DNA from: an uncultured bacterium
GTDB lineage: Bacteria; Babelota; Babeliae; Babelales; Babelaceae
Length of the DNA stretch: 64,000 nucleotides
Direction of reading: 5' to 3'
Assembly (NCBI GenBank): GCA_963819815.1
Contig: CAWFXL010000001.1
Coordinates: 160,001-224,000 of the forward strand
This document shows positions 40,656 through 50,552 of the stretch, in pieces (the stretch's first letter is position 1; every line of letters begins with the position of its first letter). The notes beneath the pieces are model-generated. The model was not told where the DNA came from. It was given only the letters and a program-made list of their open reading frames with translations, and did not search any database. The position numbers and the translations under genes were made by a program.

Positions 40656-42257
40656 ATGAAACGCATGATATTTTGTCTTCTTATGTGCCGTAGCATGACA
40701 GGCATAGTCAATGCAGATGGCGTTCAAACCCCTCTTGTGTTGACGACGACACCGGTATTTCGAACTACGGCACAAATCATGCAAGGACAAGTACCTGCAC
40801 CTGTTAAAGGTCAGACGCCACAGGCTTCAGGACCAGCTACACCTGGTACCCCGTTAGTAGTAAACCACTTTACAGTAGCTGACTATCAAGAAACAGGTCA
40901 ATATGGGCCAAGTGCAGAATCAAGTGTTGGTTCTACACAGCTTCTTGTTGCTTCAAAGGGTCGTATACGTTCCTTTTTAAAGAACGGTACTCTTGATAAT
41001 GTTCTTAATCTTGCACATGATAGTTTTTTTAGCCCGATAACTTTGGGTGGTTTTACCGCAGATCCCAATGTGATCTTTCATCCTCAGTGGAAGCAATGGA
41101 TCATCTTTGCAAACGCGCAGTCTTCACTAGTGCTTGCTGTAAGTGATGGAGACCCGATAACTCCTAATACCGTATGGAGTTTTTATGTCGTAGATTCAAT
41201 CACTGCACCATGCACAGATCCGACAAAGGCAGAATGTTTTACCGCGACGTCGTCCTTTGACTATACGACATTGGGAGCAGATGTACAGGCGGTCTATTGT
41301 GCCGCTAATATTATAGATACTGCTACCGCAGAAGGATTTGTTTCGGCAGCCGCCTATGTACTTCCAAGAAGCTCTTTGATGAATGGTGTCTCGGCAAAGG
41401 TTTTTGCCTTTAGAAATTTAACGACAGTTGATGATCCTATACGACCATTTACGTTCCAGCCAGCGCTTAATTTTGATGCAGCTCCGACTGCTGGGATTTT
41501 TCCAAGCATAGATTTCGTTACCTTAAATGCTTTCAATGCTTCATCTTTAATATTAGTGAGCGTCGTTACGTTTACCAATGGGATACCTACGAGTCTTTCA
41601 GATCCAATTTCAGTGCCGGTTGATACCTTTGCACAACCTATATCGGTTAGTGTCTTGGGTACTCCAGATTCTCATATGGTTGCACCTGTGGCAGGATGCC
41701 GTTTGGCACCTTCTCACATTCGCAATAATAGGCTCTGGCTTGTAGCTAATACCGGAGTAAACAATAATGGGGTAAGTCCAGAGTCTAATTGTTCTCCCAT
41801 TGACACAACAAAGGTAAATCGGGATGCAGCTCAGTTTACGCAGATAGATGTTTCACGACCAACGAACCCCGTTCTTGTAAGCCAGGGAACGCTCTTTCAG
41901 CAAACTGCGTCGAATAATTTGGGAGAAAGAAGTTTTCTTACGCCATCGATCATGTCAAATGCTAATGGCAATGTGATTATAGGGGCAACCACGTGTGGTG
42001 CGAGTGAACGTCTTAACGCTGCAGTAGCTCAGCTGATAGAGGACAATACAGCGGTGGGAACTCCCATTCTTTATACCTCGAGTACTAGTGACTACGATGC
42101 CGGCCAAGATTGGGAATTTGTTCCTCTTGCACGGTGGGGTGATCATACTCGAATATCTCCAGATCCTGAAAATCCAGCACTTTTTTGGACTTCTCAGCAA
42201 TGGTGTTCCCAAGAGAATACCTGGGCTCTTGAAGCCGCACAGGTACTTACTCAATAA
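40656..42257 (+). CDS. Secreted uncharacterised beta-rich (probable propeller) protein
   Basis: 'VGSTQLL', 'DPNVIF', 'DYTTLGAD', 'RWGDHTRISPDP..FW' motif series. Confidence 0.65.
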   Translation: MKRMIFCLLMCRSMTGIVNADGVQTPLVLTTTPVFRTTAQIMQGQVPAPVKGQTPQASGPATPGTPLVVNHFTVADYQETGQYGPSAESSVGSTQLLVASKGRIRSFLKNGTLDNVLNLAHDSFFSPITLGGFTADPNVIFHPQWKQWIIFANAQSSLVLAVSDGDPITPNTVWSFYVVDSITAPCTDPTKAECFTATSSFDYTTLGADVQAVYCAANIIDTATAEGFVSAAAYVLPRSSLMNGVSAKVFAFRNLTTVDDPIRPFTFQPALNFDAAPTAGIFPSIDFVTLNAFNASSLILVSVVTFTNGIPTSLSDPISVPVDTFAQPISVSVLGTPDSHMVAPVAGCRLAPSHIRNNRLWLVANTGVNNNGVSPESNCSPIDTTKVNRDAAQFTQIDVSRPTNPVLVSQGTLFQQTASNNLGERSFLTPSIMSNANGNVIIGATTCGASERLNAAVAQLIEDNTAVGTPILYTSSTSDYDAGQDWEFVPLARWGDHTRISPDPENPALFWTSQQWCSQENTWALEAAQVLTQ

Positions 42258-42625
42258 TGTACAACTCTCCGCTTCTTTATGGCTGCTAGGGGATAGTTAA
42301 TGCATTTTAAAGGCTAGTATCTTGGAAGTACGAGAGCCTCAATGTATATCATACTTGTCCGTATATCTCGATCTGTTTTTTAATCCGTATACTTGCATGT
42401 AATTGCAGATGTTGATTGTTGCAGCATGAAAAAACACCTATTGATCGATAGGTAAAATCGATCAGTCTCTAGAACTCTCCTTTCTGAGCCACTTGTGCGT
42501 GTCCGTAAAGAATCCATAGCCTTCACAAAATGAATGAGTAAAATAATTTAATCCATTTATTTTATTTCTATCTGAAATGTGCTATGCTTAGATTATAGTA
42601 ACGAAAGGCATCGGGTAAGAAAAAT

Positions 42626-43567
42626 ATGAAGTTATTGCAGAGCATATGGCTTTTACTGTTTAGTTGCACTCTCAGCATGGCACAAGACGATGAAAAAGCT
42701 CTTTTAATCAAAAATGCAACTGGGAAAACCCTCGTAGTGATTGTTGGGGGAAAGAATCAACCTGAGAGAGAATTCTTGCACCGTCTTGTTGCTCCTTTAG
42801 GAACCATGATGGTGCCATTTAAGACTATTGGAACTCTAAATATTGCTCCACATGGTATAGAACACAATTCACTATGGATGTTTCCTTATAACTATGCTGG
42901 TCAGATTAATCCATTTATTGACCTTCATAAAGATCTTCAGAAGATCTCACTTGAAATTTATCCTCCCCAGCAGGAGGGCTTTTTAGGCCCTATTACAGCT
43001 ATGGTGAGGCCCTACAGCCTCATAATCGGTCAGCCAGATCAAAAAATTCCTAATGGATTCGAACTTAGTTTTAACTACATTCTTTCACTTCTGAGACGCA
43101 ATCCACAGGCTGATATTACGGCTGCCGATATCCTTGGCCTTAATGAGGATAGTGCTACTTTTGGACCATTTATGTTCGATCAGTATAGAGAGATATGGTG
43201 GCAACAAGAGAGCTATTGGAAGGGTGTGTATGGATCTGGTCCTACCTTGGAAGACATTAAGAAGATTATCGAGGAAACTGAGCAGATTTATCGAGAGCTG
43301 CTTGGAGCAATGCCTCACGGACGATATCAAAGAGAAGACAAAGATTATGCACGAATTGCTTTAGAAATACTTGATTTGACGAATCAACTGCTTAACGAAG
43401 ACATAATACTACGCAATAAGGAGTTGCTTTGGATGATGTCTCCCTTATCTGACCCTGAGGCCACGATAGCCGTTCAAAAAGTTGTAAATCCTGCACGCAT
43501 CAAAAAAACTGAGCTTCTTGAGAAGATTAGAGATCATTTTAAGAACTATATACAAAGCGAAGCATAA
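42626..43567 (+). CDS. Secreted hypothetical protein
   Basis: Signal peptide; 313-aa ORF. Confidence 0.65.
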   Translation: MKLLQSIWLLLFSCTLSMAQDDEKALLIKNATGKTLVVIVGGKNQPEREFLHRLVAPLGTMMVPFKTIGTLNIAPHGIEHNSLWMFPYNYAGQINPFIDLHKDLQKISLEIYPPQQEGFLGPITAMVRPYSLIIGQPDQKIPNGFELSFNYILSLLRRNPQADITAADILGLNEDSATFGPFMFDQYREIWWQQESYWKGVYGSGPTLEDIKKIIEETEQIYRELLGAMPHGRYQREDKDYARIALEILDLTNQLLNEDIILRNKELLWMMSPLSDPEATIAVQKVVNPARIKKTELLEKIRDHFKNYIQSEA

Positions 43568-43941
43568 GCTTATAGACCTCTTTTAATGAGCATTATAGAG
43601 ACTCATCTCAACTACGATCTTTCAATTTGCCAGCTATAAACCTTTCGGTTGTCCGTTCTGATCGATTATTATCAACGTTTCAGATCGATGATAAGCAGGT
43701 GATTTGAGATGGGAAAAGAACTGGTAAAAAAGTGATGCTTCGGTTGTGAGAAATTCACGATAATCTTGGATATATCGAGTTTTTGAGTAGGGATTTGATT
43801 TAAAAAAACCTTTGTTAATCAAAAATTTTCAGTAGGGGGATCATCTAGGTACGCTGTGCAAAAAATTCTCTGAAAGATACTTCCTGGATTCCCTCGTCCT
43901 AGTAGTTTTGGAGGTTTTATGGTACCTTTTTCAATAGACAA

Positions 43942-44018
43942 GCGCCCGTAGCTCAATTGGATAGAGTACCGGACTTCGAATCCGTTGGTTGTAGGTTCGA
44001 CTCCTACCGGGCGCACCA
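43942..44018 (+). tRNA. tRNA-Arg (anticodon TCG)
   Basis: GCGCCCG/CGGGCGC acceptor stem, loop CTTCGAA, GGTTCGACTCC T-arm, CCA end. Confidence 0.95.
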
Positions 44019-44029
44019 GAGTGCCTTAA

Positions 44030-44106
44030 GCGCCCGTAGCTCAGTAGGATAGAGCGACAGATTCCTAATCTGTAGGCCACAGGTTCAAATCCTGTCGGGC
44101 GCACCA
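44030..44106 (+). tRNA. tRNA-Arg (anticodon CCT)
   Basis: GCGCCCG/CGGGCGC acceptor stem, ACAGA-TTCCTAA-TCTGT arm, GGTTCAAATCC, CCA end. Confidence 0.96.
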
Positions 44107-44192
44107 GCAGTTTCCCGTCAGTCTTTTAGTCATGAAGCACTGGATGAATGATATGAGCATAGATTAACTTGTAAATACTATGGAGTTTGCTT

Positions 44193-44930
44193 ATGGCAGA
44201 AGAAGCCACAACCCTGATTAAGTATATTTCTGCTCATTCTTACTATTCTCGTAGGAAAGCTGGCGATCTTATCAAAGATGGGCACGTTAAAGTAAATGGG
44301 CTCCTGATTCGCAAACCATGGTTTGAAGTTGATGATGACGATGATGTACGTGTTGACCGTGTAAAGATTGTTCCTGGGATGGTGTCCTATATTCTCTTAA
44401 ATAAGCCTGAAGGGTACATCACTTCAATGGCAGATGATGAAGGGCGTCCTTCTGTTGCAGGGCTCATCAAAGGGGCATCAAAAGAGCGCGTATTTCCTGT
44501 AGGTAGGCTAGATAAAGATACCACGGGGCTCTTATTATTTACCAATGACGGGCTTCTTACTCAGAAGCTTACTCATCCCCGATTTAGCATAGCAAAGGAA
44601 TACCAGGTAACGTTGAATATACCAGTTGTACCTGAGCATCTGAAAGCTATGGTTAAAGGGGTCTATCTTACCGATGGGTTTATTCATTTTGATCGGGCAG
44701 TATTCGTTGCTAAGACAAGAAAGTTTGTCGTACAGGTGGAGATTCATAGCGGAAAAAAACGCATTATAAGAAGGCTTTTTGGTAGGCTGGGGTATGAAGT
44801 AAAACATCTTGATCGCGTAGGGTTTGCAGGACTAACCAAACGGAATCTTCCCCTTGGAAAATGGCGTAAGCTTGAGCCTCGTGAAGTTACTCGCCTAAAA
44901 GTTCTTGCAGGGCTTACCGAAGATGAATAA
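44193..44930 (+). CDS. rRNA pseudouridine synthase, RsuA/RluB family
   Basis: S4 domain, 'LLNKPEGY', 'PVGRLDKDTTGLLLFTNDG', 'LTHP'. Confidence 0.93.
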   Translation: MAEEATTLIKYISAHSYYSRRKAGDLIKDGHVKVNGLLIRKPWFEVDDDDDVRVDRVKIVPGMVSYILLNKPEGYITSMADDEGRPSVAGLIKGASKERVFPVGRLDKDTTGLLLFTNDGLLTQKLTHPRFSIAKEYQVTLNIPVVPEHLKAMVKGVYLTDGFIHFDRAVFVAKTRKFVVQVEIHSGKKRIIRRLFGRLGYEVKHLDRVGFAGLTKRNLPLGKWRKLEPREVTRLKVLAGLTEDE

Positions 44931-45591
44931 GGTGTTTGGTTGCTTCCCGATAACTCAAGGGAGATAGCGCATTCTTTTCTTGTAAGACAAACTGGCACAC
45001 CGCTTCTGGATCTGTGCGAGCATAGTGTCTTAGGGCCCATCCAATTGCTTTTCGTATGAAAAACTCTTTCTCATTAATCCGAAGCTTACAGTATCTAAAG
45101 AGACGGTCATTCTGTGTATCCTTTTTATAGGACAGCTGATAGATGAGCGCAGTTCTTCGGATCCACATAAAATCGTCTTCAATCCACATGTCCATATTGC
45201 TTTTTAAAGAAGGGTACTTTTGTAAAAGGGGCCCTACGAGATTAGATGCTAGTGTATCGACCGAGTCCCACCAAGATTTTGTGCGGATGAGTTTCTCAAA
45301 ACAAGGAAAAATCTCAGGTGTCCAGAGCTTCCTGTGAGCGTAAGCAAGATCAAGCGCAGCCATCTGATATTCTCGCTCGGGTAGCTCCCAAAGCTTATTC
45401 AAAAGCCGTATGAGCTCTCGCTCTGAGGTGACTGGATGCGCTTTAAATACTTCTTTTTGAATGAGACTTCGTGGGGGCTTTTTTATGCCAAGAAAGGGAA
45501 ATAAGTTTCTCATGTATGCAGATTGTTGGGCAGCGATGAAAGGATCTTGTAGCTCCTCAAAACGCAAGCGCAGTGTCTGAATGAGAATCAT
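44914..45591 (-). CDS. DNA alkylation repair protein (AlkD-like)
   Basis: 'AYMRN.FPFLGI', 'KSWWDSVD', 'EFFIRKAIGWALR', 'LSPLSYREA'. Confidence 0.9.
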   Translation of the reverse strand: MILIQTLRLRFEELQDPFIAAQQSAYMRNLFPFLGIKKPPRSLIQKEVFKAHPVTSERELIRLLNKLWELPEREYQMAALDLAYAHRKLWTPEIFPCFEKLIRTKSWWDSVDTLASNLVGPLLQKYPSLKSNMDMWIEDDFMWIRRTALIYQLSYKKDTQNDRLFRYCKLRINEKEFFIRKAIGWALRHYARTDPEAVCQFVLQEKNALSPLSYREATKHLIHLR

Positions 45592-45599
45592 GAGAATCC

Positions 45600-47102
45600 T
45601 TAATGAACTGCAATAGCGGCAACACTTTGTCCGGCCGCTTGCTCAGGCGAACGGAAGACGTTGTTAGATTTTCCCTTAGTATATCTATCCAGTAGCCAGT
45701 AGAAAGCAGCTCCTGCTACAATGCCTCCTAGGAGTCCTACGGAGAAGGGATATTTTTGGACGAATTGCGGAGAATTCTCTTTAAGCCGATTCAACAATTT
45801 CGCAACTATAGGACTAGATGCAGGATAAGATTCTTTGATCCATTCATCAAATCTTCCATCAATCGCATACGTAACATCACCTTGAAGTAGGCATTTCAAC
45901 TCTTTAATTCGATAATGTTCGATACAGGAAGACGAGCAAGAGTTGGCCATAAGAAATTGTCGAATACTTCCTTCCCTATGTGCAACAAAAGTAACCCAAT
46001 GCCCATCGGAACTTGTGCCCATACCATTGTTAAAAATAGTTTTTTGATCGGCATTGGTGTCGATTTTGTTTTTACTTGGCGATTTGAGGTAGATACAAAA
46101 TATTCCGGTTACAGAGCCTTTGTCACTCATAAATTGGTCGACAAATTGATTGAATGCGGTAGGTATAGGCTTTTTGGTGATGGGATCAAGAAGGTCGGGA
46201 TCAAAAAGTTGAGTGTCTTTTGTGAGCGCATCAGATCCCTGAAGCTGATTGTTGCCCGTAATAAAAATATTCTTCATATCAGCTTTTTCTGCATCGCGTA
46301 GTACTAGTTCTATATCATGGGAATCAATCCAATTGCCAATATGTCCGCTAGGCACTGAAACAGTAATATCCTTAAAATCGATGAGTGATTCGAGCATGCC
46401 AGGTTCTAGAAGCTCCACAAAGGACTGTTTATCCTCTATATTCGGATCATCTCTTCGCTCTCTTAATCGTTTTCTGAGTTGCTTCTTTATGACTGCTGCT
46501 GGTATCGTATATGATGAACCGTTATTCGCTTTCTGAGACTTTTCACCTAAGACCCTTGATAAAGATCTTACTTCTGACCTCAACTTATCCCAAGGTACTG
46601 CATTCTCTTCTGAAGGTGCTGGAAACGTTATCAAATGTTCATTTGATAACGTCCTGAAAATGCCCACATTCTGATCTTTACTGTGTATGAGTTTTGCGCC
46701 TTTATACATAAGCATGATCTGTTCCTCGATCGCTGGCCTTAACTCATCTTGGACATGACTGTTGATAACCGTTGCTCTCCAAGGACTTTCTGTAGAGGAA
46801 AATTTCTTATTACGGCTATCTATGTCATTCTTGAGATTTGTTAACGCAGCTGCGCGCTGAGTTTGGTCTGTAAGCTGCAAGATGTCACGTATAGCAAGGC
46901 CATTATAACTAGCTTGATAGCCACAACTCGCATAGCCATTCTCCATACCAAATTGGCTAGGAACGAGAAGTTGTATGGTATCGGTTCCATTGTCATAAGC
47001 AATAAAGCCTTTTAATTCTTCGCGAGAAAGTGGTACTGCTTCGATTAGTCCCACATATACTGAGAGCGTTAAAGAAATGACTAATAATCTGTTAATTTGC
47101 AT
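45600..47102 (-). CDS. Secreted, C-terminally anchored protein with papain/Josephin-like Cys-His-Asn motifs
   Basis: Signal peptide, 'SQ..ASCGYQA', 'GHWVTFV..FLMANS', TM 'VGLLGGIVAGAAFYWLL'. Confidence 0.55.
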   Translation of the reverse strand: MQINRLLVISLTLSVYVGLIEAVPLSREELKGFIAYDNGTDTIQLLVPSQFGMENGYASCGYQASYNGLAIRDILQLTDQTQRAAALTNLKNDIDSRNKKFSSTESPWRATVINSHVQDELRPAIEEQIMLMYKGAKLIHSKDQNVGIFRTLSNEHLITFPAPSEENAVPWDKLRSEVRSLSRVLGEKSQKANNGSSYTIPAAVIKKQLRKRLRERRDDPNIEDKQSFVELLEPGMLESLIDFKDITVSVPSGHIGNWIDSHDIELVLRDAEKADMKNIFITGNNQLQGSDALTKDTQLFDPDLLDPITKKPIPTAFNQFVDQFMSDKGSVTGIFCIYLKSPSKNKIDTNADQKTIFNNGMGTSSDGHWVTFVAHREGSIRQFLMANSCSSSCIEHYRIKELKCLLQGDVTYAIDGRFDEWIKESYPASSPIVAKLLNRLKENSPQFVQKYPFSVGLLGGIVAGAAFYWLLDRYTKGKSNNVFRSPEQAAGQSVAAIAVH

Positions 47103-47503
47103 GGAGCTCCTCTTTCAAGTGAGTATATACAATAAGTGTATCGTATCTTTTCCTAAGGCGCAACAGTTAGACATCTTTTGAGGATTTTTTTGTGCGAATT
47201 GGGCCTTGGCACATAAGCTGGCGCTACATGCGCTTATGCAGAAGGCCGTTGGGAAGTGGCGTTTCATTGTGCTTTGAGATCTAGAAAATCATGTTTTCGA
47301 ATTTGATTTTGACTAACTATTATAAACGCTAATGTTTTCTAATTGTGTGGAAATCTATAGATTGTCGGGAGGATTTGTCCTAATGGAAACATTAAGGGCG
47401 CATTCTTGTAACCTTCTGTGTACTAGGCAAAGGGAGGACCAGAAAGAACAACTCCTGATGCCGCCACTAAATGATTGGTCTCCTTTTTGCTTATGATGAC
47501 ACT

Positions 47504-48967
47504 TTAGACATATTCTCTGAATAAATCATCAAGCGTTACTACTCCAGAGATGAGGTCTTCTGAATAGATGGTCTTTTTAAGGCCACTGGCAGAAATCATT
47601 GCAAGATAGAGCGTTTTTCGTGTTTTTGTTTGTTTTGCGAATACTGCGCATTTTTTTTGTAGTACTTGGGCATATTCCTTATCTATTGCAAAAGCCTTTT
47701 CAGTATATTTTATCTCACAGAGCGTTATTGATCGATCCTCTCTATCAAATAATAAATCAATTTGTGCTCCTTGCTCAGGAGAGCCCTTTTTTGGCACGAA
47801 GCGCCATTGGGATGCACCGGCCATTGTGAGATTTACCGCTTGTCTAATCAAAGGGACATGCTTATTGCAAATTGATTCAAAAGCACATCCTGCCCAGCTA
47901 TGCCATGCTGGAGAGTTTTGAACCTTCGTCCAATGTCCTTTCTCTTCCCCCCGTTCTATCATTTCTTTTTTTGGCTCTATCCACTTAAAGTAGAAGAGGC
48001 TATATTCGTCTGACATCTTATAGAAGATCCCTTTCTTTTTGCGACCAAAAGAGGTGAATCGTTGAATGAATCCTGTTTGCTCGAGCACTTCAAGGTGAGA
48101 CTTTAACCAGCCACCTGACTCTTGGACAGTCACCTGATCAAAAAGCTCTTCCTGGCCGATTCCATAACAATGCTGAGCTATAATTCTTGCCAATTCAGCG
48201 TGAATACTATCTTGGCCAAACAGCGTGGCATAGAGGAGCGAAAACTCCTTCAACAGAAAACTATCCTTTTTGAAAGCAAGATACTCAATGTTCTGCATAG
48301 CCGATAATCCAGCCTTTATTTGATCCAAATAAAACGGAATACCACCGATAACCATATAGAGATGGACAATATCATTATTAGCTAGCTTTACTTTCTTATG
48401 TTTCAAATACTCTTTTGTCTGATGCAAGTCGAATGGCTTTAGGTGGATCACCCGAGTAGCACGGTTATAGAGCCCCCCGATATTGTGAATGATATTTTTT
48501 AAAATCCAGTTCGATGCTGAACCGCAAATAATCAACTTAATTCTTCGGTCCATAGACCAATGGCGATTCCAAAAGTAATCGAGCATTTGAAGTAATTGAG
48601 ATTTTCTCGTAACCATCCAAGGAAATTCATCAAAGAACAAGACAATTTTCTTTTTCTGCGATAATTCGATCGTATTAGTGAGCAGATTAAATGTTTCTCT
48701 CCAATCCTTTTTAACACTGAGCTCAGGATGCCCAAAGGCACGAGCGATAGAGTCAGTAAATTGTGCAATTTGTTGCTCTTGAGTCCCGTCCTTTATGCCT
48801 GTTACGTACAAAAAGATGCTATTCGTTTTTTTTGAAAAGGTGTTCCTCACGAGAAATGTTTTTCCAACTCTTCGTCTGCCATAAAGGGCAATAAACTCAG
48901 GGTTGTCTGAATTGTAGGCTTCTTCAAGTATTTCTTTCTCTTCTTTTCTTCCAATAATCTTAAACAT
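47504..48967 (-). CDS. Archaeal-type/STAND-like ATPase with winged-HTH and C-terminal PD-(D/E)XK nuclease domain
   Basis: 'IIGR..E', Walker A 'GRRRVGKT', Walker B 'FFDEFPW', 'CGS', 'GGIPFYL', 'FE...QIDLL...EIKY'. Confidence 0.9.
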   Translation of the reverse strand: MFKIIGRKEEKEILEEAYNSDNPEFIALYGRRRVGKTFLVRNTFSKKTNSIFLYVTGIKDGTQEQQIAQFTDSIARAFGHPELSVKKDWRETFNLLTNTIELSQKKKIVLFFDEFPWMVTRKSQLLQMLDYFWNRHWSMDRRIKLIICGSASNWILKNIIHNIGGLYNRATRVIHLKPFDLHQTKEYLKHKKVKLANNDIVHLYMVIGGIPFYLDQIKAGLSAMQNIEYLAFKKDSFLLKEFSLLYATLFGQDSIHAELARIIAQHCYGIGQEELFDQVTVQESGGWLKSHLEVLEQTGFIQRFTSFGRKKKGIFYKMSDEYSLFYFKWIEPKKEMIERGEEKGHWTKVQNSPAWHSWAGCAFESICNKHVPLIRQAVNLTMAGASQWRFVPKKGSPEQGAQIDLLFDREDRSITLCEIKYTEKAFAIDKEYAQVLQKKCAVFAKQTKTRKTLYLAMISASGLKKTIYSEDLISGVVTLDDLFREYV

Positions 48968-49064
48968 ATGACTCCCAGGATATGTAACTTTTAATATACT
49001 TTCTAATAAGGTTTACATAGAGACGTTTGCAGTGTGCCTGGAATGGCCTTCCTCTATTTGAGAC

Positions 49065-49298
49065 TTATGCCGCGAAGTATAATCTACTATATTCCGCGGT
49101 ATAAAGCGAGGATTTTGATTATACCGCGGAATATAATTTTTTTTCCGACTCGAAATCTTATGCTTTGTTTGGTCGATTAGATAGTGATTTATTAAGACTC
49201 AAATTTATACCGCGAAATATAGATTTTTATATTCCGCGGTATAAATCAGGAATTTTGATTATACCGCGACTTATAATTTTTTATATACCGCGGTATAA
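49065..49298. repeat. Array of seven 17-bp TTATACCGCGGAATATA-like arms forming 40-bp inverted-repeat units
   Basis: Units at 49065-49104, 49119 (left arm only), 49205-49244, 49259-49298; 54-bp period; blocks offset by 140 bp. Confidence 0.95.
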
Positions 49299-49481
49299 GT
49301 TGGGAAATTTTTGGTATTAAACCAAAGGAAACAGAGGGTGTCGTTTTTGTACGATCAGATATAGTTAATAAGCTTGATTCAAAGAAGCTATCGAGTGTTT
49401 GAACCAAATTTTGCCTTGACTCCTCGCGTTTAAGTCGATACGTTAGGATTCATGACTTATACCAAGTAGAGGAATAGACTC

Positions 49482-50354
49482 ATGATGAATGTGATGGTAG
49501 CGCTCCTATGCTCTTTACTATGGGCAGGAGTGACTATTGGAAGTAAAATGCTTTCGGGAGCTCTTCCTTTTTTTGCCTTTGCTTTTCTGCGTTATTCATT
49601 GGCTGCTTTATGCTTACTCCCCATACTACTTATGCGGAAAGATAAGGAAGAGCTGAAAGTACGCTATCTTCCCACTCTTATGTTTTTAGGGTTTACGCTT
49701 GTGTTCCTGTTTAATGCATTATTCTTTAATGCTCTATATTATAGTTCAGCAACATCGGTAGCTCTCATAGGTGCTACTAATCCTATTTTGACTATGCTGG
49801 TATCTGCTGTAGTGTTTAGACATATTCCAAATAGGTACCAGCTTTTAGCGTTTATGCTTTCTTTTGCGGGAGCGGCCTTGGTAATTACCGAAGGAAAAAT
49901 GGGAGTTGCTGTGTTAATGGGAAGTGTTGGAGATTTTCTTATGCTTCTAGGGGTGCTTTGCCAGATACTCTATACTATGGCATTAAATAGGGTGAGTGTT
50001 CACTTTTCGCCGCTATTCCTATCATTTGCTACAATAGTAAGTGGTGTTCTATTTGTGTTTCCCTTTATAATAAGCAAAGAATTTGTTCACGTTGTAACGC
50101 ATCTTACGGTAGGACAATGGGGGATCTTTGCTTTCATTAGCTGCCTTGGAACAGCATTGGCCATCTATCTCTACTCCTATGCTATCAAGCATATGGGCCC
50201 TGCGAGGACTAGCTTAATCGTTTTTAGTTCGATGCCCGTCTTTGTATTCTTGCTTGCATTCCTGATATTGGGAGAGAGCATTTCAGTGTGGCAGCTACTT
50301 GGGGGCATTCTTGTTGTATCTTCATTAGTGATTGGTTTGCGGCATACCCGATAA
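49482..50354 (+). CDS. DMT/EamA family transporter
   Basis: About 10 TM; 'FAFLRY', 'ATNPILT', 'LAFLILGE'. Confidence 0.92.
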   Translation: MMNVMVALLCSLLWAGVTIGSKMLSGALPFFAFAFLRYSLAALCLLPILLMRKDKEELKVRYLPTLMFLGFTLVFLFNALFFNALYYSSATSVALIGATNPILTMLVSAVVFRHIPNRYQLLAFMLSFAGAALVITEGKMGVAVLMGSVGDFLMLLGVLCQILYTMALNRVSVHFSPLFLSFATIVSGVLFVFPFIISKEFVHVVTHLTVGQWGIFAFISCLGTALAIYLYSYAIKHMGPARTSLIVFSSMPVFVFLLAFLILGESISVWQLLGGILVVSSLVIGLRHTR

Positions 50355-50552
50355 TTCGTCAGATAGAGTTTCAATAAATGCACTAATGTTTCTTAAAGTC
50401 TCTACGTAGAATACGCCCATGCCGCATTTTACATCATGGAAGCTAAACTAATTATGCAACCATACTTATGAGTACATAACTCCTTGCCGCTTTTCTGAGA
50501 AACTATAAGATTAAGAAAAAATACGTACGATCTCATTTGTTCAGGAGCAATT

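Noticed and set aside
43634..44016. Short minus-strand ORFs near the tRNAs; possible tRNA-anchored island
   Set aside because: 43819-44016 is the tRNA antisense; no integrase or duplicated tRNA 3' end found in the window
49065..49298. CRISPR array
   Set aside because: Repeats alternate in orientation, linkers are 6-14 bp and themselves repeated, and no cas genes are present
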